Below are positions 52,234 through 62,901 of a stretch of 64,000 nt of DNA, piece by piece (the first letter of the stretch is position 1; each line of letters starts with the position of its first letter). The position numbers and the translations under genes are program-made. The DNA comes from Candidatus Bathyarchaeota archaeon (GTDB taxonomy: Archaea; Thermoproteota; Bathyarchaeia; Bathyarchaeales; Bathycorpusculaceae). The notes beneath the pieces were generated by a model, which saw nothing but the letters and a program-made list of their open reading frames with translations, was not told the origin of the DNA and ran no database searches. The stretch covers positions 32,001 to 96,000 of the forward strand of contig CAVYXJ010000009.1 in the NCBI GenBank assembly GCA_963772455.1, read 5' to 3'.

Positions 52234-52368
52234 ATGATTCCAAAAAGTGGCGACAAATCAGAGCAAGTATTCAGCAAACTGACAACCCATGGGTATTCTG
52301 AAAGGGTTGCCGAAATAATCTGGCAATGGTATCATCCTTACTATAAAGTAGCTGCTGTCCAACTATGA
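52234..52368 (+). CDS. 44-aa small protein (MIPKSGDKSEQVFSKLTTHGYSERVAEIIWQWYHP...)
   Basis: Hand translation; GYSExxAxxIWxWY looks protein-like; TTATAT box about 25 nt upstream (possibly leaderless). Confidence 0.5.
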   Translation: MIPKSGDKSEQVFSKLTTHGYSERVAEIIWQWYHPYYKVAAVQL

Positions 52369-52546
52369 TCAATGAGGAGTCACTTCCACAAGTTTAATCA
52401 GTTTGGTTCACATACCAAAAAACGGCACTTCTAATTTCAGGCAGAAAAAAAACATTTGCCGAACATTTACAAATCCTACTCAACGTCTTTCTATTAGTTT
52501 GGTATCATTCAGAAATAAGAAGTGTAGATACAAAAAATATTCCGAA

Positions 52547-53065
52547 TTAATCAGGCATGTTTTGAAGAACCCAAACAAGAGTGTCCCTTTCAATTCTTCT
52601 CTTCTCATTTGAACGGTCTTTTGGATTCTCCGCAATTAATGTATTTAATTGATTAAGCTTATCATCGATTTTGTTTCTCAATTCTTCAAGATTGGCTTTT
52701 CTAAAAACTTCACTTTCAGACTTTTCAGAGTGATCAATATTTTCGTTTTCTATCTTCTTCAAATCTTCCAAAGGTTTTTCTAGCTTTACGTTTGGCGACT
52801 CAGGTATTAAACCTCCAAGTTTAATTGTTAAAGTATCTAATTTGGAAGTTGCTATTCCTCCTTCGGCAAAACTAAATTTCTTCATGAACTTTCCTATTAT
52901 GCCTGAAATTTTGTCTGCTTCTTCTTTGTCATTAAGTTTAATGAAGATTTTATTATGAGGATATCCAAGTTGATAACCAGAACTATAACCTCTTTCCTCA
53001 AGAATCCTAACAATAATTTGTGCTATGTTTTCATCGTTTGGTTCAAAAACTTCATAGTCCGGCAT
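52547..53065 (-). CDS. Hypothetical protein
   Basis: 172-aa ORF with ATG; AT-rich; C-terminal coiled coil. Confidence 0.65.
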   Translation of the reverse strand: MPDYEVFEPNDENIAQIIVRILEERGYSSGYQLGYPHNKIFIKLNDKEEADKISGIIGKFMKKFSFAEGGIATSKLDTLTIKLGGLIPESPNVKLEKPLEDLKKIENENIDHSEKSESEVFRKANLEELRNKIDDKLNQLNTLIAENPKDRSNEKRRIERDTLVWVLQNMPD

Positions 53066-53211
53066 ATTAAGTCACAACTACTTGCTTGTTTATATGCTGT
53101 GTAGATTTAAGACTTGTTAAGAACCCAAAACCACAAATCTGTGGGTCTATTCTTAAGGGCTAAATTCAAATGTGAATATCTAAGCAAGTGACGTATGAGT
53201 TTCAAAATAAA

Positions 53212-53304
53212 ATGAAAACTCTAACTAAAAAAATCGATGTAATCGTCATTATTGTGCTCTTTATATTTTCGATAGTTGAAGGAATCCTCGGCGGACATTT
53301 ATAA
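53212..53304 (+). CDS. 30-aa single-TM peptide (MKTLTKKIDVIVIIVLFIFSIVEGILGGHL)
   Basis: Hand translation; basic N-terminus and hydrophobic helix. Confidence 0.3.
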   Translation: MKTLTKKIDVIVIIVLFIFSIVEGILGGHL

Positions 53305-53354
53305 TTTCGCTAATTCTCAGACTCTATCTAAATTCGCAATATTGATCCATTATT

Positions 53355-53717
53355 CTATTTTAACCTATAATCACTAGAGATTGAGCTGTAGGGATTTTCT
53401 TTCTCTCGTCTCTCAGCTGTTTCCTTCATTTCTTCAACGACTTGACCTATACTTGTCACGGGCAACAAGTTCCCCAAAATAATTGAACGTGATAATAGCT
53501 TAATCTGTTCCCTGTATGCACAGTTCTTTATCTCAACAATGGTCAACTCCTTATCTGTCACATACAATTCTACAATACAGTCTTTAGGATGGTCTTCTGG
53601 AATTCCCCTGACAAGTATTGCGTAATAATCGTGTTTTCCCCTAGAAAAAAGACTTCCATCTGAGTCAACGATTGTCCAAATTAATGTTGTCAAAACTAGC
53701 GCTCCGTTTATCTGCAC
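53355..53717 (-). CDS. Hypothetical protein
   Basis: 120-aa ORF, GTG start. Confidence 0.5.
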   Translation of the reverse strand: MQINGALVLTTLIWTIVDSDGSLFSRGKHDYYAILVRGIPEDHPKDCIVELYVTDKELTIVEIKNCAYREQIKLLSRSIILGNLLPVTSIGQVVEEMKETAERREKENPYSSISSDYRLK

Positions 53718-53805
53718 TTTGATTAACTAATGCATAAAGAAAGATTAAAGTCTAGTAAAATAACCCAAATACATTAGATATACAAAAAAAAATATTCCAG
53801 AGCAG

Positions 53806-54537
53806 TTAATTTAGGCTTTCGAAAAGGATTCTTTTAAGAATCGTAGCACCATGTTTCATTTTCAATTTTTTCTCGCCTAACCGCTCTCGATATTCAATGG
53901 GAACTTCGACTGTTTCAAATCCTTGTTTGCCCACTTGATGATTTAATTCTACTTCTATATCAAAACCTTTAGATTTAATGACCCATTTTCTGAGTATATC
54001 TGCACGGATAACTCGCAACCCTGTCAAGGGATCCTGCAAATTTATTCCATTAAGAAAACTATGAGCAATAGCTAATAGTTTATTTCCAAACGTAAAGCGA
54101 CCTTGGAAAGCACTTCCTTGTGTTTGCTTACTAAACCTGTTTCCGCAAACCATACCTACATCTGAATTATTTTCAAGGATCTGAATCATTTCAGGCACAT
54201 ACTCAGCCGGATAAGTAAAATCCGCATCAGTTATAACCACATACTCAACATCCTCATCCATGCATTGCACAGCCTTAGCCAAAGCATCACCTTTACCTTT
54301 GCCATCTTGGAAAAAGATTTCTGCACCACACTCTTTCGCGACATCAACTGTTCGATCATGACTATGCCCATCAATTAAAAGAATACGATTAACATTTACA
54401 TTCTCTGAAAGCTCAGAAATAGTTGCGCCTACTCCTTCTTCTTCGTTGAGTGCCGCAATAAATACGTTTATTGGGTGAATAGTTTGATATTTTTGACCGA
54501 ACATTTTTGGTTCTTCCAAACTTTTAGGGATATTCAT
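53806..54537 (-). CDS. GT2 glycosyltransferase, dolichol-phosphate mannose/glucose synthase-like
   Basis: ALNEEEG; IDGHSHDRT; GKGKG; DADFTYP; DPLTG; GFDIEVE; RLGEKKL. Confidence 0.9.
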   Translation of the reverse strand: MNIPKSLEEPKMFGQKYQTIHPINVFIAALNEEEGVGATISELSENVNVNRILLIDGHSHDRTVDVAKECGAEIFFQDGKGKGDALAKAVQCMDEDVEYVVITDADFTYPAEYVPEMIQILENNSDVGMVCGNRFSKQTQGSAFQGRFTFGNKLLAIAHSFLNGINLQDPLTGLRVIRADILRKWVIKSKGFDIEVELNHQVGKQGFETVEVPIEYRERLGEKKLKMKHGATILKRILFESLN

Positions 54538-54809
54538 TTTTTGCGAGATATTTAGGTGTCACATGTTATTCAAGGGACAAAACCATTTGAAAATAGTTTA
54601 GTCCAATTCCGAGTCCCAAAAAAACTGGCAAAATGAATAAAGCCTTTCCTTTCTCAAACAATATATACCATCCATTAACTATTAAACGAATGTGAGTGTA
54701 TGGTTACACCAACAACAATGAGAAATTAGATTAGATTATATTCGAAAAAGAAGAAATCTGATTTCGACAAGAACAACCATCTTTTCCTAATAGATCTTTG
54801 ATAATCCCG

Positions 54810-55136
54810 CTACATTCTACGAGGTTTCTGGAATACTTGACTTTTTGGCACAACCGATTTAGTTTCTGCGTTTAAGAGTTGCTTTAGTTGCCAAACTAAT
54901 ACATCTCTGTCATTAGGTTGTTGGTGTATCCATAATTCGCGGTTTTCCCTAAATTGCTGACCCGTTATCTTGCCTTTTGACTGCAATTCACCAAGCAATT
55001 TAACGAATTCTCTCAAATCCTGCTGTTCTTTGGTAGGTTCATTTGTGTTTTTTCCTTCGCCTGAAAAATTAGTTTTGGCTCCTTCGGTATCAGATTGCTT
55101 ATGAGCGTTGCTGGGATTTGAATTATTTGCAGTCAT
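54810..55136 (-). CDS. Hypothetical protein
   Basis: 108-aa ORF with ATG. Confidence 0.6.
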   Translation of the reverse strand: MTANNSNPSNAHKQSDTEGAKTNFSGEGKNTNEPTKEQQDLREFVKLLGELQSKGKITGQQFRENRELWIHQQPNDRDVLVWQLKQLLNAETKSVVPKSQVFQKPRRM

Positions 55137-55314
55137 TTGCCAACATATAAGTAAGGTTATTCTGGATTAATAAAGTTACAATAAATTTTTTGAAATTAAT
55201 GAGAAAAAGGCTTTTCAAATGAACTTTATCTGGAAATTCATTCAACAGCTTCAAGAATCAGGTCTTCGAAAAAAGAATATTAATCGTGGTGATTTTGATT
55301 TCACGGTTAACCGT

Positions 55315-55725
55315 ATGAAAAAGAAAGTGTTCATCTCTGGTCCGATCATTGGCATGGAAAAACAGCAGTACTATCGAAAAACTATCACTGACATCGCCTG
55401 CAAACTTGGCTATGAAATTATAGACCCGTGGAAAAGGGAGCGCGTTCTCTACAATGGAAATGAGGAGTGCTGGTGGGACAAAGTACCAGTTTTCGACTTT
55501 GTCCAACGTGACTTAGATGACGCTGATCGATGCGACATCATGGTTGTTTACCTACCTATACTCTCCGCGGGCGCATGCATGGAAATGTTCTATGCCAAAC
55601 GCAAGGGCAAAAAAATCATTGTAGTATCTGAGATGGAGTGCCTTAGCCCTTGGATTGTTTTTCACTCTGACGTCATAATTAAGGGTTTTAATGGTCTTGA
55701 GGGAGTACTCAAACAGTTTCTTTAG
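55315..55725 (+). CDS. Nucleoside 2-deoxyribosyltransferase-like protein
   Basis: KVFISGPI; IDPW; RDLDDADRCD; SAGACMEM; ATG 55315 preferred over 55219. Confidence 0.8.
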   Translation: MKKKVFISGPIIGMEKQQYYRKTITDIACKLGYEIIDPWKRERVLYNGNEECWWDKVPVFDFVQRDLDDADRCDIMVVYLPILSAGACMEMFYAKRKGKKIIVVSEMECLSPWIVFHSDVIIKGFNGLEGVLKQFL

Positions 55726-57331
55726 GCTTCATTTGCTTGAATTCTTCTCGGATTTTCATTTGTCTTCGTTTGCGGTTGTAACCTAGTGAAAAGTCGTGTG
55801 CTGCATCACGGATTTTCCTGAGCAGAAGTATCATTTTGCTGTTCTTGTTAAAGTTTCTTGGCGCCGACTCATCTGGCAAATAGATTTCTTCATGCTCCTT
55901 CGCTAAACCAATAATCGGAAGTTGCAACCCAAGCGTTTGCAAAGCCGCTTTTGCCGCGCTTACCTGCCCTGGTCCACCGTCAATCATCACTAAATCGGGC
56001 AACGGGGTTTTCTCTTCTATCAAACGTTTGTATCTTCGGGCAACAACCTCGTTTACTGCAGCGAAATCATCTTGTCCCTTGAAAGTTTTGATTTTGAATT
56101 TGCGGTAGTTCTTCTTGTCGGGTTTGGCATCTTTGAAGCTGACCATACCTGAAACCACATGTTCAGTGCCCAGGTTTGATACATCAAAACACTCGATAAT
56201 GCGTGGCAGAACTGGCAAATTGAGGTTATTCTGCAAATCAACCAGTGCGCTATCAATATTTAAGGTTGATTCCAAGTTTTTCTCTGCCAACTGCACAAGA
56301 CCCAACTTATCTGCCCGCCTTGGAATCGTCAACGAGACTGGCGCACAACGCTTAGCCGACAGAAACTCTTCCAACGCTTTTTTCTCTTCAGCTCCCTGCC
56401 AACACGTCTTGTTTAAAAGAATTTCTCTTGGAATCGGATTTGTTGTGTAGTATGCTTTCAAGAATTCCTGTTCAATCATTGGTTGAACATCAACGCTGAA
56501 CTCTTTTTTGCCCAGTAATACTCCTTTGCGCATACTCATCTGAACTGCCAACATCTTCTCGCCTACCTGTCTAAACACCAAAACATCTTGGTCAAAACGA
56601 CGCTCTTGATCTACGATTTGATGCTCTGTAACAAGCTTTATTGAAAGGATTTGGTTACGAAGTTCAAGTGCTGTTTCGTACTGTTGGGCTTGTGAGGCTG
56701 TCTGCATTTGAGTTTTTAATTGTTCAATCGTTTGTTGATAATTTCCATTTAGGAACGATCGCGCGTTCTTTACTTGTTCAAAATATTGTTGCGCAGTAGC
56801 TTTGCCGATGCAGGGTGCAGAACACAAGTGAATGTGGTAGTTTAAGCAAGCACGCTTAGGCAGGGTCTTACATGTACGTAGTTTGAAAACCCTCACTACT
56901 AATCGTTGTAGGTCTTGACGCGTGAAGCCGTCAGTGTAGGGTCCAAACGATTCCAGTTTACGAGCAACTTTACGGCTAGTAAGTACCCTTGGAAAATCCT
57001 CTCTTGTAAGCGAGATGTAAGCAAATGTTTTAGCATCTTTTAAGTTAACATTGTATTTTGGCCAGTGCTGCTTAACCAGCTTGTTCTCAAGCAGCAACGC
57101 TTCAACCTCGTTATTCACCACAATCCAATCGATATTTCTAATTCTTGAAACAAGCTGCTTTGTCTTTTCAGGTTGATCGGAACTTGAAAAGTAACTTTTA
57201 ACCCTAGACCGAAGGCTTTTTGCTTTACCAACATAGAGAATTTCGCCTGTTTCATCCTTGTAGAGATAAACGCCTGGGTTAGTTGGAATATCGGAGCTTT
57301 TGAAGTCGGAGGGACAAGTTATTTGGATCAT
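55709..57331 (-). CDS. uvrC: Excinuclease ABC subunit C (no C-terminal HhH domain)
   Basis: GIY-YIG PGVYLY...YVGKAKSLR; Cys cluster; UVR domain; IECFDVSN; DDFA; IDGG; RDAAH. Confidence 0.95.
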   Translation of the reverse strand: MIQITCPSDFKSSDIPTNPGVYLYKDETGEILYVGKAKSLRSRVKSYFSSSDQPEKTKQLVSRIRNIDWIVVNNEVEALLLENKLVKQHWPKYNVNLKDAKTFAYISLTREDFPRVLTSRKVARKLESFGPYTDGFTRQDLQRLVVRVFKLRTCKTLPKRACLNYHIHLCSAPCIGKATAQQYFEQVKNARSFLNGNYQQTIEQLKTQMQTASQAQQYETALELRNQILSIKLVTEHQIVDQERRFDQDVLVFRQVGEKMLAVQMSMRKGVLLGKKEFSVDVQPMIEQEFLKAYYTTNPIPREILLNKTCWQGAEEKKALEEFLSAKRCAPVSLTIPRRADKLGLVQLAEKNLESTLNIDSALVDLQNNLNLPVLPRIIECFDVSNLGTEHVVSGMVSFKDAKPDKKNYRKFKIKTFKGQDDFAAVNEVVARRYKRLIEEKTPLPDLVMIDGGPGQVSAAKAALQTLGLQLPIIGLAKEHEEIYLPDESAPRNFNKNSKMILLLRKIRDAAHDFSLGYNRKRRQMKIREEFKQMKPKETV

Positions 57332-60229
57332 GCAGGCTGCTTCACTGCCAAAACAGTTTCTGCCCTGCGATTAAGTATTTTTTCCAAAAACACCCCTGTG
57401 TAAGAGCCACTGTTTTTAGAAACTTCTTCAGGAGTTCCTTTAGCGAGCAATTCGCCGCCTGCAGCTCCTCCTTCAGGTCCCAAATCGATGAGGTAATCGC
57501 AGCTTTTAATCACGTCTAAGTTGTGTTCAATGATGTAGACAGAGTTGCCGTTGTCCACTAATCGATTCAAGACTTTTACCAGCCGTTTAGTGTCGTCAAA
57601 ATGAAGCCCTGTAGTTGGTTCATCTAACATGTAAATGACATGTCCAGATTTGTGTTTGCTAAGTTCACGGGTGATTTTAATTCGTTGGCTCTCGCCTCCT
57701 GACAACGTAGTTGAGCTTTGTCCCATCTTGATGTATCCAAGCCCTACCTCGAGTAGCGTCTCAAGTTTTCTTGAAACCCTCGGTGTGTTCTCAAAGAATT
57801 TTGCTGCTTCCTCTACTGTCATATCTAAAACTTCAGCTATGTTTTTGCCCTTATAGAGCACGCCTAATGTTTCTTTGTTGTAACGTTTTCCTTTGCATTC
57901 GCTGCATTGAACATAAACGTCAGGTAGAAAGTTCATTTCTATTCGCAAAACCCCATCACCTTGGCAGGTTTCGCATCTACCGCCTTTAACGTTGAAGCTG
58001 AATCTACCTTCTTTGTAGCCGCGCGCTTTAGCTTCTTTTGTAGAGGCAAAAATTCGTCTTATCTCATCAAAGAGTTTAGTGTAGGTTGCAGGGTTGCTTC
58101 GCGGCGTTCGCCCGATGGGGTCTTGATCGATAACTATAACGTTGCGCACGACACTTGGAACGTCGATGGATTCATATTTGCCTATTTTGTCAACCTGTTC
58201 ATCGAACATTTGGCGTAGTGCTGGAATAACTGTCAAATTCATCAATGTACTCTTGCCTGAGCCGGAAACGCCGGTAACTCCACATAAAACGCCCAACGGA
58301 AGCTGAAGACTAAGGTTTTTAAGGTTATTTTCTTTTGCACCTTTAACAGTGATGTACCCAACGGGTTGTCGCCGTTCAGTTGGCACTTCAATTTTCAGTT
58401 CGCCAGAGAGGTATTTTCCTGTGAGGCTACGTTTGTTAACCATGATTTCCTCAGGTGAACCTTCGGCAACAATATGTCCACCGTGAACTCCTGCTCCAGG
58501 ACCCATATCAACGATGTAGTCAGCGTTGCGTATGGTTTCCTCGTCGTGTTCTACCACAATCAAAGTATTACCTAAATCCCGCAAACGATGGAGAGTGGCT
58601 ATTAGTTTCGCATTATCTCTCTGATGCAAACCAATGCTCGGTTCATCCAAAATATATAGAACACCCATCAGGTTGCTGCCGATTTGCGTAGCTAAACGAA
58701 TTCGCTGTGCTTCGCCTCCAGAAAGCGTTCTTGCCGCCCTAGAAAGTGAAAGGTAACCCAAACCAACATTCTTCAAAAACCCGAGCCGTTGGTTAATTTC
58801 CTTAAGCACCTGTTTGGCAATAACTAACTCTTTTCCCTCCAACTGGTCGGGCAAGTTAAGGAAGAAATCAACGGCGTCTTCAATCGAAAGGTCAGTAACA
58901 TTAATTATGCTTTTACCAAGAATCTGAACCGCAAGAACCACAGGCTGAAGTCTTTTGCCATTGCAGGCGGCGCAGGGTCTTGAGGTCATGAATTTTTCAA
59001 TGTCCTCTTTTCGCCATGCACTCTCAGTTTGACGATATAGCCTCATGGTTTGCGGAATTATACCTTCCCATCCGTCTCGCATCCACATGCTAGCGCCGTT
59101 TGACCAGTTGCCGTTAATAGGTTCTTTATCGCCGTACAGGAGCACACGTAACTGCTCTTGAGTAAAATCTTTAAGTAGGAGTAAAAACGTCAAAGCCATA
59201 TTGTTTTCCCACGGTTGCAAGCTGCTGTGCACGCCAGCTAAGTTCCATAGTGCCCTTGTAAACAGCTAAGCCACCGTCCATTATTGAGAGGTTTTTATCT
59301 GGAATAATCTTATCCTCTGTAACCTCAGTGATTTCACCTAAGCCATGACAAGTTGTGCATGCACCAAACGGTGAGTTAAACGAGAACATACGTGGTTCGA
59401 GGCTTTCAAAAACGATTTCAGGATGATTTGGGCAAGCTCCAAAGGTACTGTACATAGTTTCATCTGCGAAGCGCTCAAGTTCCTTTTTCTTTTCACCCTC
59501 AGCTTTTTCAGAATTGATGAGTATCATTGTTCCTTTACCCACCGAAAGAGCCTGTTCTACAGCTTCAGAAATTCGTGAACGTTCCTCATCTTCGATAAAG
59601 ACTGTATCGATAACAGCTTCAATCCAGTGTTTCTCGTACCTGACAAGTTTCAATTCTTCTTTTATGCTATCGGAGTCGTAGATTTTTTGGTCGGCACGGA
59701 TTTTTGTGTATCCTTGTTTTTTAAGGTCTTCAAAAACTTGTTCATGTGTGCCTTTGATACCTCGAATGATTGGAGCTAAGAATGTCAATTTTTTTGTTTT
59801 TTCAGCCATTATTAGGCTGGTGATGTTTTCAGGACTTTGAGGGTGGATGCTACTGCCGCATTTAGGACAATGATGAATTCCGATGCGTGCATAGAGCAAC
59901 CTTAGATAATCGTAAATTTCTGTGACTGTTCCTACGGTTGAGCGGGGGTTTTTGCTTGTGCTCTTTTGCTCAATTGAAATTGCTGGAGAAAGTCCTTCAA
60001 TAGAATCTACATCAGGCTTATCCATAAGACCTAAAAACTGCCTAGCATAAGCACTCAAGCTCTCAACATATCTTCGTTGCCCTTCAGCATAAATCGTATC
60101 AAAAGCTAAAGTTGATTTTCCAGAGCCTGAAAGCCCAGTAATCACTATAAATTTATTTCGAGGTAACTCTAAATCAATATTCTTTAAGTTATGTTCACGT
60201 GCACCTTTAATTGAAACATTATCTCTCAT
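57328..60229 (-). CDS. uvrA: Excinuclease ABC subunit A (frameshift near 59177)
   Basis: GAREHNLK; GLSGSGKS; zinc fingers; LSGGEAQR; GVSGSGKS; the two ORFs join as [13 protein letters not shown]. Confidence 0.95.
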
Positions 60230-60308
60230 GCCTTAAACCAAATTCCTATCTAATTCTATTTTATAACCAGTTTATTCAGGGAGATTAGAACCTTTTTACG
60301 CAAAAACC

Positions 60309-62267
60309 TTACTTTTCTGGGGCAACTGCGTTATTTTCGATTTTCCTCTCTAATGCTCTATTCAATTCAGCAATAGCATCTCTTAACTGAATAGCAAGTT
60401 CAAAATCCAATTTCTCAGCTGCTTCATGCATTTTCGCGTCTAATTCAATAATTTGGCGTTTTATGTCTGACTTTGGTAGGTGTTTGGTACCTTTGATTAT
60501 ACTTTCTTTTTGTGATACACCCTTCACTATTGTTTTTGGCGTGATATTGTGGAGTTTGTTGAAGCGTTTTTGGAAACTTCGTCTGTAAAGAGTAATCTCT
60601 ACAGCTCGTTTAATTGAGCGAGTTTCCACATCGGCATAAAGAAATACTTTGCCGTGATCGTTTCTTGATGCCCGACCTATTGTTTGAATTAAACTGCGCT
60701 CATCCCGCAGAAACCCTTCTTTATCAGCGTCCAAAATGAATATTGTTGAAACTTCAGGAATGTCTAAGCCTTCTCTAAGCAGGTTGATGCCAACGAGAAT
60801 GTCGAATTCTCGAATTCGCAGTTGTCGAATTAATTCTATCCGATCCAAGCTATCTATTTCTGAATGCATGTATCTGACGCGGAAACCTTCCTTGCATAAG
60901 TATTCGGCTAGATCTTCTGCCATGCGTTTTGTTAAAGTTGTAACTAAAACGCGGTCACCACGTTCAATGGTTTTTTTGGCTTCCGTCATCAAATGCTGCA
61001 TCTGACCCTCAATTGGATGAATCTCAACCTCAGGGTCTAAAAGTCCTGTGGGTCTCGTTATTAATTCAACTGGCAAACCACTTTTTTCAAGTTCATATTC
61101 GGCAGGGGTCGCTGAGACAAATAGGACTTTGCCCATTTTCTTTTCGAACTCTTCAAACTTTAGCGGTCTGTTATCCAATGCACTGGGCAACCTGAAACCG
61201 AAATCCACAAGATTCTTTTTTCTCGCATAATCGCCGTTGTACATTGCACGTGACTGAGGAATAGTCTGGTGGCTCTCATCTATAATCAACAAGTAGTCTT
61301 TGGGAAAATAATCCATCAACGTAAACGGAGGCTCCCCGGGTTTGCGCCCATCGAAGTGGCGGCTGTAGTTTTCCATTCCCGCACAAAACCCCACTTCCTT
61401 AATCATTTCTAAATCATAGTTTGTTCGCTGCTTGAGCCTGTGCGCTTCCAATGGGGGCAAATTGGGCAAGGTTGCTTCAAGTTCTTTTTTAATAAGTTCT
61501 AGTGCAAGTGAATGTTTCTCTTCAGGCACCACATATTGACGTGCAGGATAAAGTGTAAACTTGTCAAGCGCAGTCTTCACATCACCGCTTACCAAATTAA
61601 CTTCTTTGATTTTTTTGATTGTATTTGCTTCAAGTTCAATACGCAAAATTTCATTCTCATAGGATGGCACAACATCTACCACGTCTCCTCTTACGCGAAA
61701 TCTTCCCGGCTCAAGAACCATATCGTTTCGTTCATACTGCATGTCCACTAGTTCATGGATAAGTTGCGTTCTTGACATTTGCTTGCCAACCTCAAGAACT
61801 GCCGCCATAGTTCTGAAATCGTCTGGGTTACCTAAACTGTAAATGCAGCTTATACTGGCCACTATTATAGTGTCGTTTCGACTTACGACGCTTGAAACAG
61901 CGTGCATACGCATCTTTTCAATCTGCTCGTTAACAGAAGAGTCTTTTTCAATATACATATCTTGAGCTGGCAGGTATGATTCAGGCTGATAAAAATCGTA
62001 AAAACTAATGAAGTATTCCACTCGGTTATGGGGAAAGAGTTCTTTTAACTCCGCATACAACTGTGCCGCTAAGGTTTTATTATGTGCGATGATAAGGGCA
62101 GGTTTTTGTTGTTTGTTGATTACGTTAGCCATTACAAATGTTTTGCCACTACCTGTTATGCCAAGAAGAGTTTGTTTGGGTCTAATTGAGAAGTTTTTCA
62201 CTAGCTGCTCCACTGCAGATTGTTGCCCAGGCGAAATTTGGAATGGAGCTACAAGTTCAAACTGCAT
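60309..62267 (-). CDS. uvrB: Excinuclease ABC subunit B
   Basis: GITGSGKT; HNKTLAAQL; YQPE; DESH; GFRLPSA; C-terminal UVR domain; ATG 62267 preferred. Confidence 0.97.
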   Translation of the reverse strand: MQFELVAPFQISPGQQSAVEQLVKNFSIRPKQTLLGITGSGKTFVMANVINKQQKPALIIAHNKTLAAQLYAELKELFPHNRVEYFISFYDFYQPESYLPAQDMYIEKDSSVNEQIEKMRMHAVSSVVSRNDTIIVASISCIYSLGNPDDFRTMAAVLEVGKQMSRTQLIHELVDMQYERNDMVLEPGRFRVRGDVVDVVPSYENEILRIELEANTIKKIKEVNLVSGDVKTALDKFTLYPARQYVVPEEKHSLALELIKKELEATLPNLPPLEAHRLKQRTNYDLEMIKEVGFCAGMENYSRHFDGRKPGEPPFTLMDYFPKDYLLIIDESHQTIPQSRAMYNGDYARKKNLVDFGFRLPSALDNRPLKFEEFEKKMGKVLFVSATPAEYELEKSGLPVELITRPTGLLDPEVEIHPIEGQMQHLMTEAKKTIERGDRVLVTTLTKRMAEDLAEYLCKEGFRVRYMHSEIDSLDRIELIRQLRIREFDILVGINLLREGLDIPEVSTIFILDADKEGFLRDERSLIQTIGRASRNDHGKVFLYADVETRSIKRAVEITLYRRSFQKRFNKLHNITPKTIVKGVSQKESIIKGTKHLPKSDIKRQIIELDAKMHEAAEKLDFELAIQLRDAIAELNRALERKIENNAVAPEK

Positions 62268-62477
62268 TTTACTTTCCCACAACGACAAGAATTGACCGAA
62301 CAAATGAATTAATTAAGTTTTTCTAAAAAGTAAGTTAGTTTGAGTTAATCTCTGTGTTTGAAGAAAAAAATATTTTTGTTTATTAGCAATTCTTTTTCTA
62401 AATTTGAAAAGCTAATGAAAGCGAATAATTAAAAATAAATACTATCATCCAATAAAGAAAAAATCTTTAAAGAAATC

Positions 62478-62771
62478 TTATTCTACGGTTAATTTTCCAA
62501 ATTTACCAACGTTAAGCTGAATTTCACTCTTAAAACTCGTAACATAACCGTTTTCGATTTTAATATTATCGCCTACGTTGATTTGATCAATCTGCTCGTT
62601 CCAAAGCGTCAACTTTACACTGCCAGATTCGTCAGCAACTACAGCGTCAACTATTCGATAAGTTTCATCTTTAAAGCGTGATTTAACTTCTCTAGGATCG
62701 CCTTTATCGACGACTTTGGCTTCAACGCTAACTCGTTTCATGCCGTCTTGCAAATCTTTAATCGAAACCAT
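62478..62771 (-). CDS. ssb: Single OB-fold single-stranded DNA-binding protein (crenarchaeal SSB-like)
   Basis: IKDL..G...ADESGSVKLTLW...IKIENGY...QLNVGKFG; GGAG upstream of ATG 62771. Confidence 0.85.
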   Translation of the reverse strand: MVSIKDLQDGMKRVSVEAKVVDKGDPREVKSRFKDETYRIVDAVVADESGSVKLTLWNEQIDQINVGDNIKIENGYVTSFKSEIQLNVGKFGKLTVE

Positions 62772-62901
62772 TGTATTTTCCTCTCCTAAACTGTTCACTG
62801 ACAGTCGGTTTTCAATTGCAAAGGTGGGCTGCAATCATATAAATCTTGCTAACTAAAGAAGATTAGAAAAAATTGTGGCAAACGCCTTTTACAGCGTTGA
62901 C

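Noticed and set aside
59171-59232. Naturally split uvrA or programmed frameshift
   Set aside because: Removing one base restores a canonical UvrA; no slippery site; fits the window-wide error pattern
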